Assembly (NCBI GenBank): GCA_008632985.1
Contig: QPGO01000211.1
Location: 62,001-118,227, forward strand
Origin: Psammoneis japonica
Lineage: Eukaryota
Reading direction: 5' to 3'
Length of the DNA: 56,227 nucleotides
This document shows positions 36,051-46,820 of this stretch, in pieces. Made by a program: the position numbers and the translations under genes. The notes under the pieces are model-generated. The model worked only from the letters and a program-made list of their open reading frames with translations. It did not search any database and was not told the DNA's origin. The first letter of the stretch is position 1. Each line of letters opens with the position of its first letter.

Positions 36051-37203
36051 CGACGTTGTGCAGCCAACATGGCGTCCCACGTCAGCCCATGTTCCCGGTG
36101 CAGGCATGCTAGAAAGGACCGAAGAGTCCTCCACCGCCACCATCGGTGGGCCAAGTCCCGAAGGGCAGGTAAAACCTTTCCAAACCCCGGGAAAACCAGA
36201 GCAACCCGCTTGTCCCAAAGCCGAAACGGAGGCGCCGCTGCATCACCCTCAGTGGCTTTTGCAGTCATGAGAGACACGTCAATCCATGTGTGCGGCAAAT
36301 GCCGCCGAAGCCCTGGCAGCCAAGTCCCAGCCCCACGAAGCGGAGCTGCGGCCACCGTGTCTCCACCAACCACACGCCCAGGTCGCGACGATTCCCGGGG
36401 TGTGTGATCAACGAACGCCTCCACAAAAAGAGTGAGAAGATTCAACGGGACCAGTGAAAAACCATGCTCGAAAGCGCGATGCACCTGAGGCGTGCGGAAA
36501 TGCAAAGGGAAATCCCAGGCCGCCAATGTCTCATCCACAGAGAGTGTGCGGGAGACCCAACCTGTCACAGACTGATGAGACGGGTGCACGACCGGTCGAT
36601 TCAAAAACTGAGGGTTGAGGTGGTTGGCCTCCATGTAAAAATCACCACGGGGGTGTTGGGGTGATGGCGACCCGGGGAGCTTGCAATCAATGATGTGCCC
36701 GATGGACCGTCGCAGCCCACCGTCAAAAATCAGCGTGGGTGCCCCTTGCCAGAACAGGGTCGTTCGGAAGAAAGTGACACCGCCCACCACCGCATGTGCA
36801 ATGTCCCGTCGCTGGAGCTGGTGCAGTCCCAGGAGGCTTGGTCTTGAAACCGCTCCCACAGGGATCACAATCAAGGGTGCCGACCGGATGATGTGCACTG
36901 CGGATTCAAGGAATGAGGGTGGCCCCGACACAAACACAATGTCAACCCGGACAGCGAGTTGTCCCACACTCGTCCAAGAGACCCGTGCCAAGGAGGCACC
37001 CAACTGGCTCTGGAACAACTCCACCAACAGGGGATTCCAGTGGGAGCTGGAGGTGTCATCGCAGCAGCAGCAAAGGACAAAAGCCAAATTGGGGGACCGG
37101 AAGCAAGAACCAAACAAGTTCCTTGAAATGAGAAGGCTTTTCGGCCCCGCATGATGTGCCTCAGGTTGGCAGGCCCATCAACAGAGACCTCACCCTCCCA
37201 CAA
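35951..37203 (-). pseudogene. Degenerate C5-cytosine methyltransferase-like domain at the N terminus of pol
   Basis: VDIVFVSGPPSF (motif IV-like, no Cys), HAVVGGVT..R (VIII-like), RSIGHIID and RTLSVDETLAAWDFP (IX-like), in canonical order. Confidence 0.5.
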
Positions 37204-37224
37204 TTCTTCTGCTCCCCATGGGCT

Positions 37225-39999
37225 TCACTTCTTGTTCTCCAGAGCCTTGAGTCGGCGAGTCAGGTCCTTCACCTCCCCGTCCGCAATTTTCCCAGCTCCA
37301 CGTGAGCCGCATCGCCTCGAGCCTGGGCTGATTTTGCCTCTGAGCTGGCATTTTTGGCTTTCTCCGTCAACGTCAGGACAGTGGATTGCAAATCCGTTGC
37401 CACTTCGAAACCTGAATTTGTCACGAGGAACTTGACACATTCCGACGCCATCGAGGGGTGACCGACGAACCCCAGAGACGTGTGCTCCACCATGATGTCC
37501 TGGGTTCGAAACACCACCCACAAAATTTTGCTGCACACTGCGTCTGGGTCCGTGCCCGAAATGGAGGTGAAGACCCCTGAGCGCGCCTTGTGAATGTCCT
37601 CGAAGATGCGGTGAGTCAATTTGGTGGTCAAGGACCATGCTTGCTTCTTGGAGAACTTGCTCAGATCGGTGAGTGACGCGCAAGTCGAGTCCATGAACTG
37701 AACCAGTGCCCGCAAAAAGGCAACCGTTCTCCGTCGTGGCGATCTTCCCTTCGATGAAGTGCTTTGTCCCCACATTCCCAGATGACCAATGTTCGTGAGT
37801 CTTGACCTCATCCAAGTGGGAGGGATGCAACCCCAAGGTCTGAGTCGATTTTGCAGATCCTGAGTCGAAGATTCAAGGCATGCGGCATTGAAAACCCGCC
37901 AAGGTTCGCGCATCTTCCTCAGTCGCGATGTTCACACTCATTCGCTTTGCCCACTGGGATGGAAAGTGGTGCAGGGCCGTTGGCTCGATTCCTTTGATCC
38001 GATCCAAGAGTGGGACGGTCAAACATCCACAAGCCTGCGACGGGAGAAGTGTTGCGTCATCCACGCCTGGCAATCCTCGTAGGACGATGCGCCGACCCCC
38101 GAGAACTTGACAGCTGATTTATCCGATTTTGCGCGTGGCTCGCTCAGACGCGTTCCAGGTCTAGGTGGGACCTCGCACCACTGAACTGTGACATCGACAG
38201 TTTTTTGAATCACGTCATGTGTCGCGCACGTTGATTTCTACGTGATTTTTTCGACATTTTGTGTCATTTTACGGTGCACTCATTGAGCGATCCGTCCAAC
38301 TGCTTTTGACATTTTTTGTTACAGCGCGATTCTATGATGTCTCGAGAATCGCGCAGGGAAGGCGCACTTGCAAAAACGTCGAGTGGCAAGAGGCATGATT
38401 GTGCCACAAACTTGGCCGTTCATTTGATGTTGAAGACAAATGTGTCCATTGATTAAATTCTCGTACAATGGAGCTCGCACGTAGAATTCTACGGGCCCAA
38501 TGTCACACGGAGTCCCCCACCTGGGGCTGGAACGCGTCCTCACTGCCTGATCCAGTCGGGTGAGCCGTGCATCCACAGATCCTTGGTCATGCGAAACACC
38601 TGGTGGCGAGAACCCCGCGGCTCCCTGTGACTCCAACGACCTCACCTTTGAGGCCAACTGCATGCAAACCCGAAGCATGTTTCTCTTCAAGTTTTCCAGG
38701 TCCATTCGGCTCGCTGTGGATCCCATCTGGTCTTGCATCCCTTGGAACTTCTCGTTGAACGTTCTCACAAGACGGTTGGATTGGCTTCTCCAGCCCATTT
38801 CCACTTGCGTGATGCGGCCCACAAGGTCTGTAGATGGAGTTCCAGTTTCCCAAGATGCCACGTTTGCCAAGGTGCCCCATGGCGTGGGCGCAAGGAGAGC
38901 CTCGTCAAACCCCTGAGTCGGAGTCCCGAGAGACGCATCGAGTTGGTCCAGTTTGCGGCTGAGAATGTCAACCATGGACTCTGCAGCATTGGAGCGCTTT
39001 CCGGCCTTGTCACCCAGTTTGGCTGGAACCTCTCCAACTTGCCGCAGTCCATCCTTGGTTGATTGCACAACCTGAGCCAACACAGATGGGCTCTCATTCG
39101 CCGCCAGGAACTGAGCAGGAGTGGAGAGAATTTGTTTTTCATGTGGAATGAACCCCTCCAGGACGGCGTCTTCGTGAAGGGAGGCAGGTTCTGGCCACTC
39201 CTTGTGAGCCGGTGTCTTGAAATTGGCCACCCTTTCATGCTCCTTCAGAGCTGGTTCAACCTCGTCCTCAGTGAAAAAGGGAGGTTCACCGTTGGATGGC
39301 ACCAAGAACTTTTGCCGCCATCCGGCTGGGGTGTCTGACTCCGGTTCCCACTTAACTGACACCTCGCCCGACATGCTTCCTCCATCTAGGATGGGTTGAC
39401 AAAACCCCACATCCGGTGACTTGAGAATTGCTGCCATCCCCGCCGCCAGGATGTTCATCCTTCCACCCTTGTGCTTTACATTGCACTCACTTGCCTTCTT
39501 GAGGCAGAAGGTGGCGCCCCCGCCCTTGATCCCTGAGCATCGAGGTGCGCCAGTCGTCTCCAGCCAGGTGATCCGACAACGAGACACGTGCAAGGACAAA
39601 GAAGACGCACCTTCCTCAAGCATGCTCCAAATGTCACCCGCTAAATCCCGCCCAAAGAAGCCCACCCGAGAGGAGTGAGCTTCCCTCTGAAATGTGTGGG
39701 ACGCGTCTCCTTCCAAAACGTGAGTTCCTGGAGAGTGGGAAATGACTTCCCCCAACTCCGCCCTGTCAATGTCCGATTGGGGATGACTGTAACCCCCCAA
39801 AATGTCCTTGCTTGCACCTCGGGGATTTGAGCCCTCATGACCCCCCCCCCCCCTGTTGCGCAGCCCCAGAGGGGCGAGCCTGAGGAGAGGGAGCCGCAGG
39901 AGAGCTCGACGAGAACGGCGAGATGACATCAGACTCCAGCTGATGAGCCAAATCGACGAACGCATCATCAGAGATGCCCTGGGCAAAGAAATCTGACAT
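37225..39999 (-). pseudogene. gag-like ORF1 (frameshifted, MITE-interrupted)
   Basis: Starts at ATG 39999 just inside repeat A1; Cys/His cluster RCSGIKGGGATFCLKKASECNVKH and coiled-coil segments; positioned upstream of pol. Confidence 0.75.
38147..38538. mobile_element. 392-bp MITE-like insertion in gag with 4-bp TSD CTCA
   Basis: TIR GACGCGTTCCAG(g/c)(t/c)C(t/c)AGGTGGG at both ends; CTCA at 38143-38146 and 38539-38542; removal restores RLDQAV|SEPRAKSDK. Confidence 0.92.
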
Positions 40000-40012
40000 G
40001 ATGAGAGAGACT

Positions 40013-40258
40013 AAAAAGAATGATGCTTTTCCGAGCTTGAGTGATCCAGTCACGTTGATCAGGGTTCCTGCTCCAACAAAGCTGGAAAAGTGAGAGAAGA
40101 GAAGACCGAAGTTTGACCGGTCACAGTCAGGAGACTAGACCGAGTCATCTTGAGTTGGAAGTACCCTACTTCCGACATGGATCGAGCGAGGGGTCATAGT
40201 CACCGAGCGGGGTTGGTTTGAGTCAGTCCGTCTCCATCTAAACTTGGGTACGAGGAGG
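40013..40258 (-). repeat. Split direct repeat A1 (5' terminus)
   Basis: 246-bp direct repeat of 30728-30973. Confidence 0.95.
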
Positions 40259-40803
40259 TACAGCACGTACGGAGTACATGCCGTACCTCACATCCACCAA
40301 AAAAGTCCGTCCATCGTACGGTGGGTCCCACAAACTGAGACCGAGGTCGCGTTTTTGTTCGTTGCGGAGTAGTTCTCCCTCACTTTTTCATGTGTTCCCG
40401 TCAAAACAGTCCGACTGCATTCGCGATTTCTTCATGTGTATCAAAAATGCGATGATGTTTCCCGTGCGTTAAGTCCCTCGTCGATACTTAAAAGTGAACC
40501 TCACAAAAGTCGCGAATTTGTTAGGGATGGAACATTCCACGACGATCTTGTACTGAAACGACGTGATCCGCGACGAGAACCCAAGACAGATTTACGTGGT
40601 GCGAGACATACTTTGTTGCAATACTTTTCATAGACTATCATAAATTTTGATCTTGTTTGATCGCAAATAGAACATTCTTTCCAATGTGCGATGAGAACAA
40701 AGGGAACGAATGAGAACACTGTCGTGATGGGATGCTGCACAAGTAGTCGCATAAAAAAACAGAAGAGCAAGAAACTCAGAAGAATTACGCAAAGCTAAAA
40801 ACC

Positions 40804-41688
40804 ATGACAATGTTCAACAAGACGACCGTGTCCCTTCTTCTAGCCACTCTCCTTGGCAAAGGTTACGCCTCTGCGCAACTCGCCAACATGGATGTGGTGC
40901 TTCGCGCCGGTGAAACCATTGACGAGATGGACGAAGGCGAGTTTCCCAAATTCCGCAATGGCAAGTGCACTATTCGTTATCCAAGAGACGGAAACTGGGC
41001 CACCCAAAATGGCTTCAACGTGGGTGGATGGGATGCCAACGGAAAGTCCCTATGCGCTTCTTACAGCGGCCCAAGCCTTTCATACTCTCTTCAGCCCAAT
41101 GGAAACTTTGTGGCGTATTGTGGTTATTCTCTCGACTATGCAACTCATTCGGGTGGAGGCCCAATTGATGGCAAGTACTTCATGGCGATTGACGATGATT
41201 GCGTCCTTCACACCTTCAGGGGTACCTTTGATTGTGACTCTGTCAGTATCGAGGACGAGATCTGGTCGAATGTAAAGTTCGAGCCACTACAACGTGGTGA
41301 CATACTTCGACAGGGACAGTATGTTCGTGATGACGATGCCAAGACCTCTCTTCTTATGCAGTCGGTGGACGGTAATCTAGTTCTGTACAAGGACAAAAGT
41401 CCTGGTCATCCTGAAGGCGATGTCTTGTGGGCCGCCAACGAGGAATGGGGTGATGGTCCAGGACCCGAGTTCAACGAGTACTACGCTAGGATCGCTCTCA
41501 ACGGCCATCTTACGCTGGTTGGCATTGATTTCGAGGGGAGTCCGCGCGAAAAGGTCTATTTTGACAAGGACTTGCACTCTAACGGTGCCGCGTGCTTCAC
41601 GGTTGAATATGATAGCAATGCCGATGACCTGGTTGCGGTTCCCTGTAGTGGCACCAGGCGCCGTGAACTCCGTGGTAGCCAGGAGTAA
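40804..41688 (+). CDS. Secreted protein with bulb-type (GNA/B-type) lectin-like modules
   Basis: Signal peptide; LQPNGNFVAY and LLMQSVDGNLVLY resemble QxDxNxVxY; also VLWAAN and LNGHLTL. Confidence 0.75.
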   Translation: MTMFNKTTVSLLLATLLGKGYASAQLANMDVVLRAGETIDEMDEGEFPKFRNGKCTIRYPRDGNWATQNGFNVGGWDANGKSLCASYSGPSLSYSLQPNGNFVAYCGYSLDYATHSGGGPIDGKYFMAIDDDCVLHTFRGTFDCDSVSIEDEIWSNVKFEPLQRGDILRQGQYVRDDDAKTSLLMQSVDGNLVLYKDKSPGHPEGDVLWAANEEWGDGPGPEFNEYYARIALNGHLTLVGIDFEGSPREKVYFDKDLHSNGAACFTVEYDSNADDLVAVPCSGTRRRELRGSQE

Positions 41689-41879
41689 GTGGTTTCCGTG
41701 ATTCCAGGAGTCGACGAGGATCTATGCGGTTCATAATTGGAAGGTTCTTACGGATTGACTCAACAAGGTGGCGAACATTACTAAAATTGTGCAGTAGGTT
41801 TTGACCATGAAAACTATAGGCTTCTGTACAAGTTTATTCTGAATCTACTTACTATCATATGCAGATTGTAGGACTTTCA

Positions 41880-44800
41880 TCACTTAAGGTATGCGCTTGA
41901 TGCAGTCCGCGACAAAGCTCCCGATCGGGGTCCTACCTTACTCCTCATTAAGTTTAACAGCTCTGCAAGAAGAGCACTTGCCGTAGAATCGGCCCCAGCA
42001 GAAGGCCCCTTTTGCACAATATGACGGACACGTGATGTCAGCGAAATCTTCGAACAATTTGGCAACGATGACAGAAATCACAAAGATATGTAAGAGCTCA
42101 CCTGAATAACCAACGGGTAACGCTTGTGGCGCTGAGTAAAGAATCTAACGCATTCACAACTGGGAGGAGTTACTGCAAATATCTGGAAAAAGGAATCAAG
42201 GGTCAGACTCAATATACACGAGGACGAACAGCAAGGATACGAAGAGTGCGTACATGATTGTTGGGAACCGCAACGAGCTTGATATTGAGGGACTTTGCTT
42301 TGACGTCGACGCTCGAAATGTGTCGAAGAACGCAACCTTGTCTCTCGGCATCTTCCACGCGGTCCTTGATCCGTTGGTCGAGTTGAGTGCTGTAGAGCTC
42401 GTTGTGAGAGACGTCGAAAAATTGATCGGCAGATTCTTGAATCTGGTGAGTGTCGTGGTACTGGTCGAGACCTAGTTCTTTTGCTAAAACCATCAGCACT
42501 CGAGCTGAGTACTCATTGCTGAGATCCTTCTCTGGGTGTTCTTCCATAAGCCCTAAAGATATCGCTTCCTTCACCGCTTCGCTAAACAGACATGCGCGGC
42601 CAATCTGGGCCTCGGGCGAAGTGGATAGGTCTCCACGAAATGCCCCTTGACTAAAGAGTTCGTCGAACTCGCTGCATCGGGAAATCTCGGGAGGAGGTGA
42701 TATTCGAAACATAATGTATGAAAGCGAGACCGACATAATGCCATCGATACGACGAATCTTATCTCCCGAATTCAAGAGGCTTCGTAAGGTGCTGACAATA
42801 GGAAGCCCACCACCGACCGTAACCTCGCGAAGATACTGGGCCGAGAGCTTGCCGTATTTTATTTCCGCTTCACTAATGGAGAGACGTTGTTCTCTCGAGC
42901 CAGATAAGCCCGTGTTGTTTGCTGTCACCACGTGAACTCCTTCCCTCAGCCATTCAGCATGTAGGTCGCTGACAAGCTCGTCGTTAGTGCAGTCGAAAAC
43001 GACGTGGTGAGGGCACTCATCATTGAAAAGACACTTAAACATGGACGACAATCCTCCAGTAACAACAGTAGCCATTTCCTCCGCCTCATCAACCTGCTCA
43101 GTTTCGCCAAGTTCATCCGAACTCACGGCATCGCGCGTGACTTTCTTGAATGCCCCATATGTTAATGAGCCAGAATTGCCGTCTCCATCATTCTTCAAAA
43201 CAACCAAGTCCTTACTCTTGCCTTCTGCAACAATAGCGCACACTTCCAAATCAACATCAAAAGCGCTTCTCAGTTTGTCGCGCTGTGTCTCCAGAAGCTT
43301 CAACAAAGATATACCCAAATCATTCATACCAACAACACCCACGCGCACCACCGTCTGAGACAATCGAAACGCCGCATGGACAGCTCGGAGTGCACGCGTT
43401 GATTCGTTTGTCATGACAACAGCGGAAATATTTCTCTCCGAACACCCTTGAGAAATAGCAATCACGTTGATTTTTGCATCGCCCAACGCACTAAAGAAGC
43501 GGCCAGATACGCCAGAGGTGTGACTCATGCCATCACCTACAGCAGCGATAATGGAACACGGTGACTGAACGTCAACACTTGTGATTCGATTCTGCAATAT
43601 AAAAAGAAGCAAAAGAGAAATTGAGTGAGAAAAGGCTTTCGCGTCATTCGTTTCTTGTTGAGTTAATCAAGCATTTTAGCCACGTACTGCCACGAGCTCC
43701 TTGCGAAATTCTTCCTCAATTGCCGTCTTGGCTAATTCCGCCTGTTGTTCATTGGTGGCGAAGGTAATAGAATGCTCAGAGGAAGCCTGGGAAATCAAGA
43801 CAATGTTGACACCCAAGCTCTCCAGGGTTGCAAACATTCGTCGCGCAACACCGGGGACTCCAATCAATCCCGAACCTTCGACATTGATGAGCGCCATGTG
43901 ATCAACAGAGGAAAAGCCACAAACACACTTGTCACGGTCCGTGTGAGTGGTACTAGACGTGAATATACGAGTGCCGGGGTCACTGCTGCAAAACGTGTTT
44001 CGGATATAAATGGGGATTTGCCGCGGTTTTGAGGAGATTGCCGGTTGCATTGTTTTTGGATGAATCACTTTTGCGCCAAAGTAAGCAAGCTCCATTGCTT
44101 CATTGTAGGACACTTCAGGTATGACATATGCTTGGGATACTCGGCGAGGATCAGCGGACATGACGCCATTTACATCGGTCCAAATTGTAATCTTGTTGGA
44201 TTGCAACAAGCGACCCATGATTGCAGCGGAATAGTCAGAACCATCTCTTATGTTTTGAAGGAGTTGTAGGAATAGAAAAAGTGAGAAGACGGCGCATGAG
44301 TATCGAAAAACAAGAAATATGACTAGAGCCAGACAACTTGGAGACAAGACGAATAAACGTACCGCTGTAGCGTCGTTGCAACACCATCGGTGTTCGATGC
44401 AACGTATCCAGTAACAACATAGTGCAAGACATACTCGTCCTCACTGCCAAACTGATTCGCGAGACGAGCAACCTCCTTTCTGTGAACTTCTTCCATGCAC
44501 TCTTTCGACATATCCCAGCAGACCTGTCCGTTCTGAATGGCTTCTTCGTCAATAATAATGATCCGCCGAGCGTCCAAGAAACAAAACTCATGATGTTTGT
44601 AGGGATCTTCATTAACTCCTTGCATGTCTGATCGGGCCTTGGCTCGTTGTCTAAGCAAGGCTGCCAGAATTTGCGATGACCACAATTCACCGTAACCGGA
44701 AACAAGCTCCGAAATCCGAGTAGCTTGCCACTTCATGACTGACACTGTTTTCAAGATATCTCCAATATCGCCCATGTCAGATTGAATAGCGTCCTGAAGC

Positions 44801-45189
44801 CTCTTGCGTTCGTCCTGGTCATCAGGAAATAGCTCATCAATACACGTCTGATGCTTTGTCGTGATTTGATCCATTGCCTCTTTTACTTTTTCAGAATCAC
44901 GCTTTGCGGCTGCTGACACTGTTGATAACAGCAAGTCGGTGACCTTTGGCTTTCCTCCCATGGCTGAGACGACTACAGCCAAGTTGAGATCACTGTATGT
45001 AGTAGGATCACCATTGTTGTTGCTGCTTAGTCCCAAATGTTCTTCGATAATTCCGGCGACAGTCACAAAACATTCCGACGAGGCAACGCTTGTCCCTCCA
45101 AACTTATGAACCTCCCACTTGAAACCTGCAAAGCCAGCGTGGAGATCATTATTGTTGCTGTTGTTGCTGTTGGTACTATCGCTTCTCAT
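41880..45189 (-). CDS. thrA: Bifunctional aspartokinase / homoserine dehydrogenase, 5 exons
   Basis: VHKFGGTSV, VVVSAMGG, RDGSDYSA, IWTDVNGVMSADPR, ELAYFGAKVIHP, two ACT domains, VVTANN, EVTVGGGLPI and GPSAGADSTA. Introns 44247-44362, 43592-43687, 42183-42253 and 42009-42101. Confidence 0.95.
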
Positions 45190-46820
45190 CTTTATACACG
45201 TCACGTCAAACACTTCTTTCTTTTTTTCCGTTGCTATGTAGAGGCTAACCGAGTGTGTCTAAGAAGGCGTCGGTAAAAGCAGTTTGTTGCCGTGCGCTCG
45301 ATCGTTGGGGTGGACAGCACGAGCGCCGGAACAAAAAAAGAGTTGAGGAGTTGAGGAGACGCACGGCACTGAACTCAGAACGAACAACGATGACAGCGAC
45401 GAGATGCAGAGGCATTACAGTACAACCCTGACGTTGCTGCTTTCCATTTCATAACATTGCAATGAGGAGAATAGAGAGGCTTCTCTTTTGGATCTGGGGC
45501 GCTGGAGTTGCATTTACGAGTATGGATTTGTTGGCGGTTCTTCATGAAGCATTCTCTCTGGCCACAACATCATGATCCAGCTAGCCGCGGGCACTGCTAT
45601 AAATCATTTTTCTTCAAAGTCGTAAAGAAAAGGCTGAACTACAATCGTAGCCAAAACACGGCAACATATTTGCACCGGTTAAGTCTGGAAAGGAGTCGCT
45701 TTTTGAAGCATATCACCGTTGCTTTGTTGATCCCACAAAAAGTACAAAGTGGTCGCGACGGCAACAACAAATAATAATGCAGCATTCCGCAAACATTCAG
45801 ATTGGCATGTGACATGATTGCCAAAGCGGGCATTTCGACTTGTCATCTTGTCATGAGAAAAAGTCATTGACGGGTCAAGAACGCAACCCGTCCCTGTTTC
45901 ACTTTTACATTCCCTCGAGAACCCACGTCAAGATTCTTTTCATCCCATCTGGAATCCTTTTTTTGAGTAAGAAGACAGCCTTTGAAAATATCCTTGAGAA
46001 ATCAGAGATTGATTGAAGCCTTTGTCAATCTAGCGAGGGTAGAATACCAATCATCTCTTCTTCGAAGTAATACTATACTCGAGATACGCAACAACAATCA
46101 CAAGCATTCAAGAACTTTGTCAACGACAATGACGCACAGGAACCCTTTGAAGGACACGTAAGACTTCAAATTCCGCGTCTCACCATAATACAGGTCGCAC
46201 TATTTTACTCAATGCTACCAATGATGATTCCAGCAAGATGGAAGATTCCTTTCAAGAGAAATCGGACGCAAACTTGCAATGACGGATACCGTTGAAGTGA
46301 TTCATGCCTACGATCGTGGAACGAGCAAAATGGACTTTATTGGGGTTGATGAAGGAAACAAGACGCAAAATTTGTGAGCTTTCCGCGATTGGCTATTGCT
46401 GTCTTAACCATGAGCTGTCGCCAGAGTGCGACTACGCCGGGACTTGTAGAGAACTCTCTGAGGAACTATTGATTGAACCAATGTCGCCGTATCCGCCTTG
46501 ACGAGCGAATGGCTGGACTTTGCTGGAAGCGCGCATTGAGACTGAAACTTGTATCGCATGGCTCACGATGAACGCGCCAAAAGCTTGCTTTTCGTGGTAT
46601 GCAAAGAGATCGATCGAAGAATCAGACTGAGGCCACGCGTGAAGTGAAGGAGAACTACAGACTAAGGTACATTTGTGCAGTGAAGACAAAGTGAAAGGGA
46701 ACCGCCGACTATTTACAAGTTATGGTGCTCTCCCTCATTGAGGGACGTTATCCAAAAGATTTCTGAAACAAATACACGTAGTCGATTGCAGTTCAACCCA
46801 AGTTTTCAATCCGCTTCGCC

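Larger units (their letters stand above)
30261..40258 (-). mobile_element. Full-length degenerate tyrosine-recombinase (DIRS order, PAT/Ngaro-type) retrotransposon with split direct repeats A1-ORFs-B1-A2-B2
   Basis: A repeats 40013-40258 and 30728-30973; B repeats 30973-31419 and 30261-30708; gag, RT, RNase H and YR remnants in order on the minus strand; no target-site duplication seen. Confidence 0.95.

Noticed and set aside
30261..40258. Alternative genetic code or codon bias as the cause of missing Tyr
   Set aside because: TpA loss is frame-independent and includes non-coding repeats; neighbouring host genes use TAY normally.
30261..40258. Classical RIP or CpG decay alone
   Set aside because: C>T changes cannot remove TpA (RIP increases it), and TA/TG and TA/CA differences are seen directly between copies.
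45500..46700. Possible eroded gene between thrA and the FG-GAP gene
   Set aside because: Only short ORFs and no recognisable motif.
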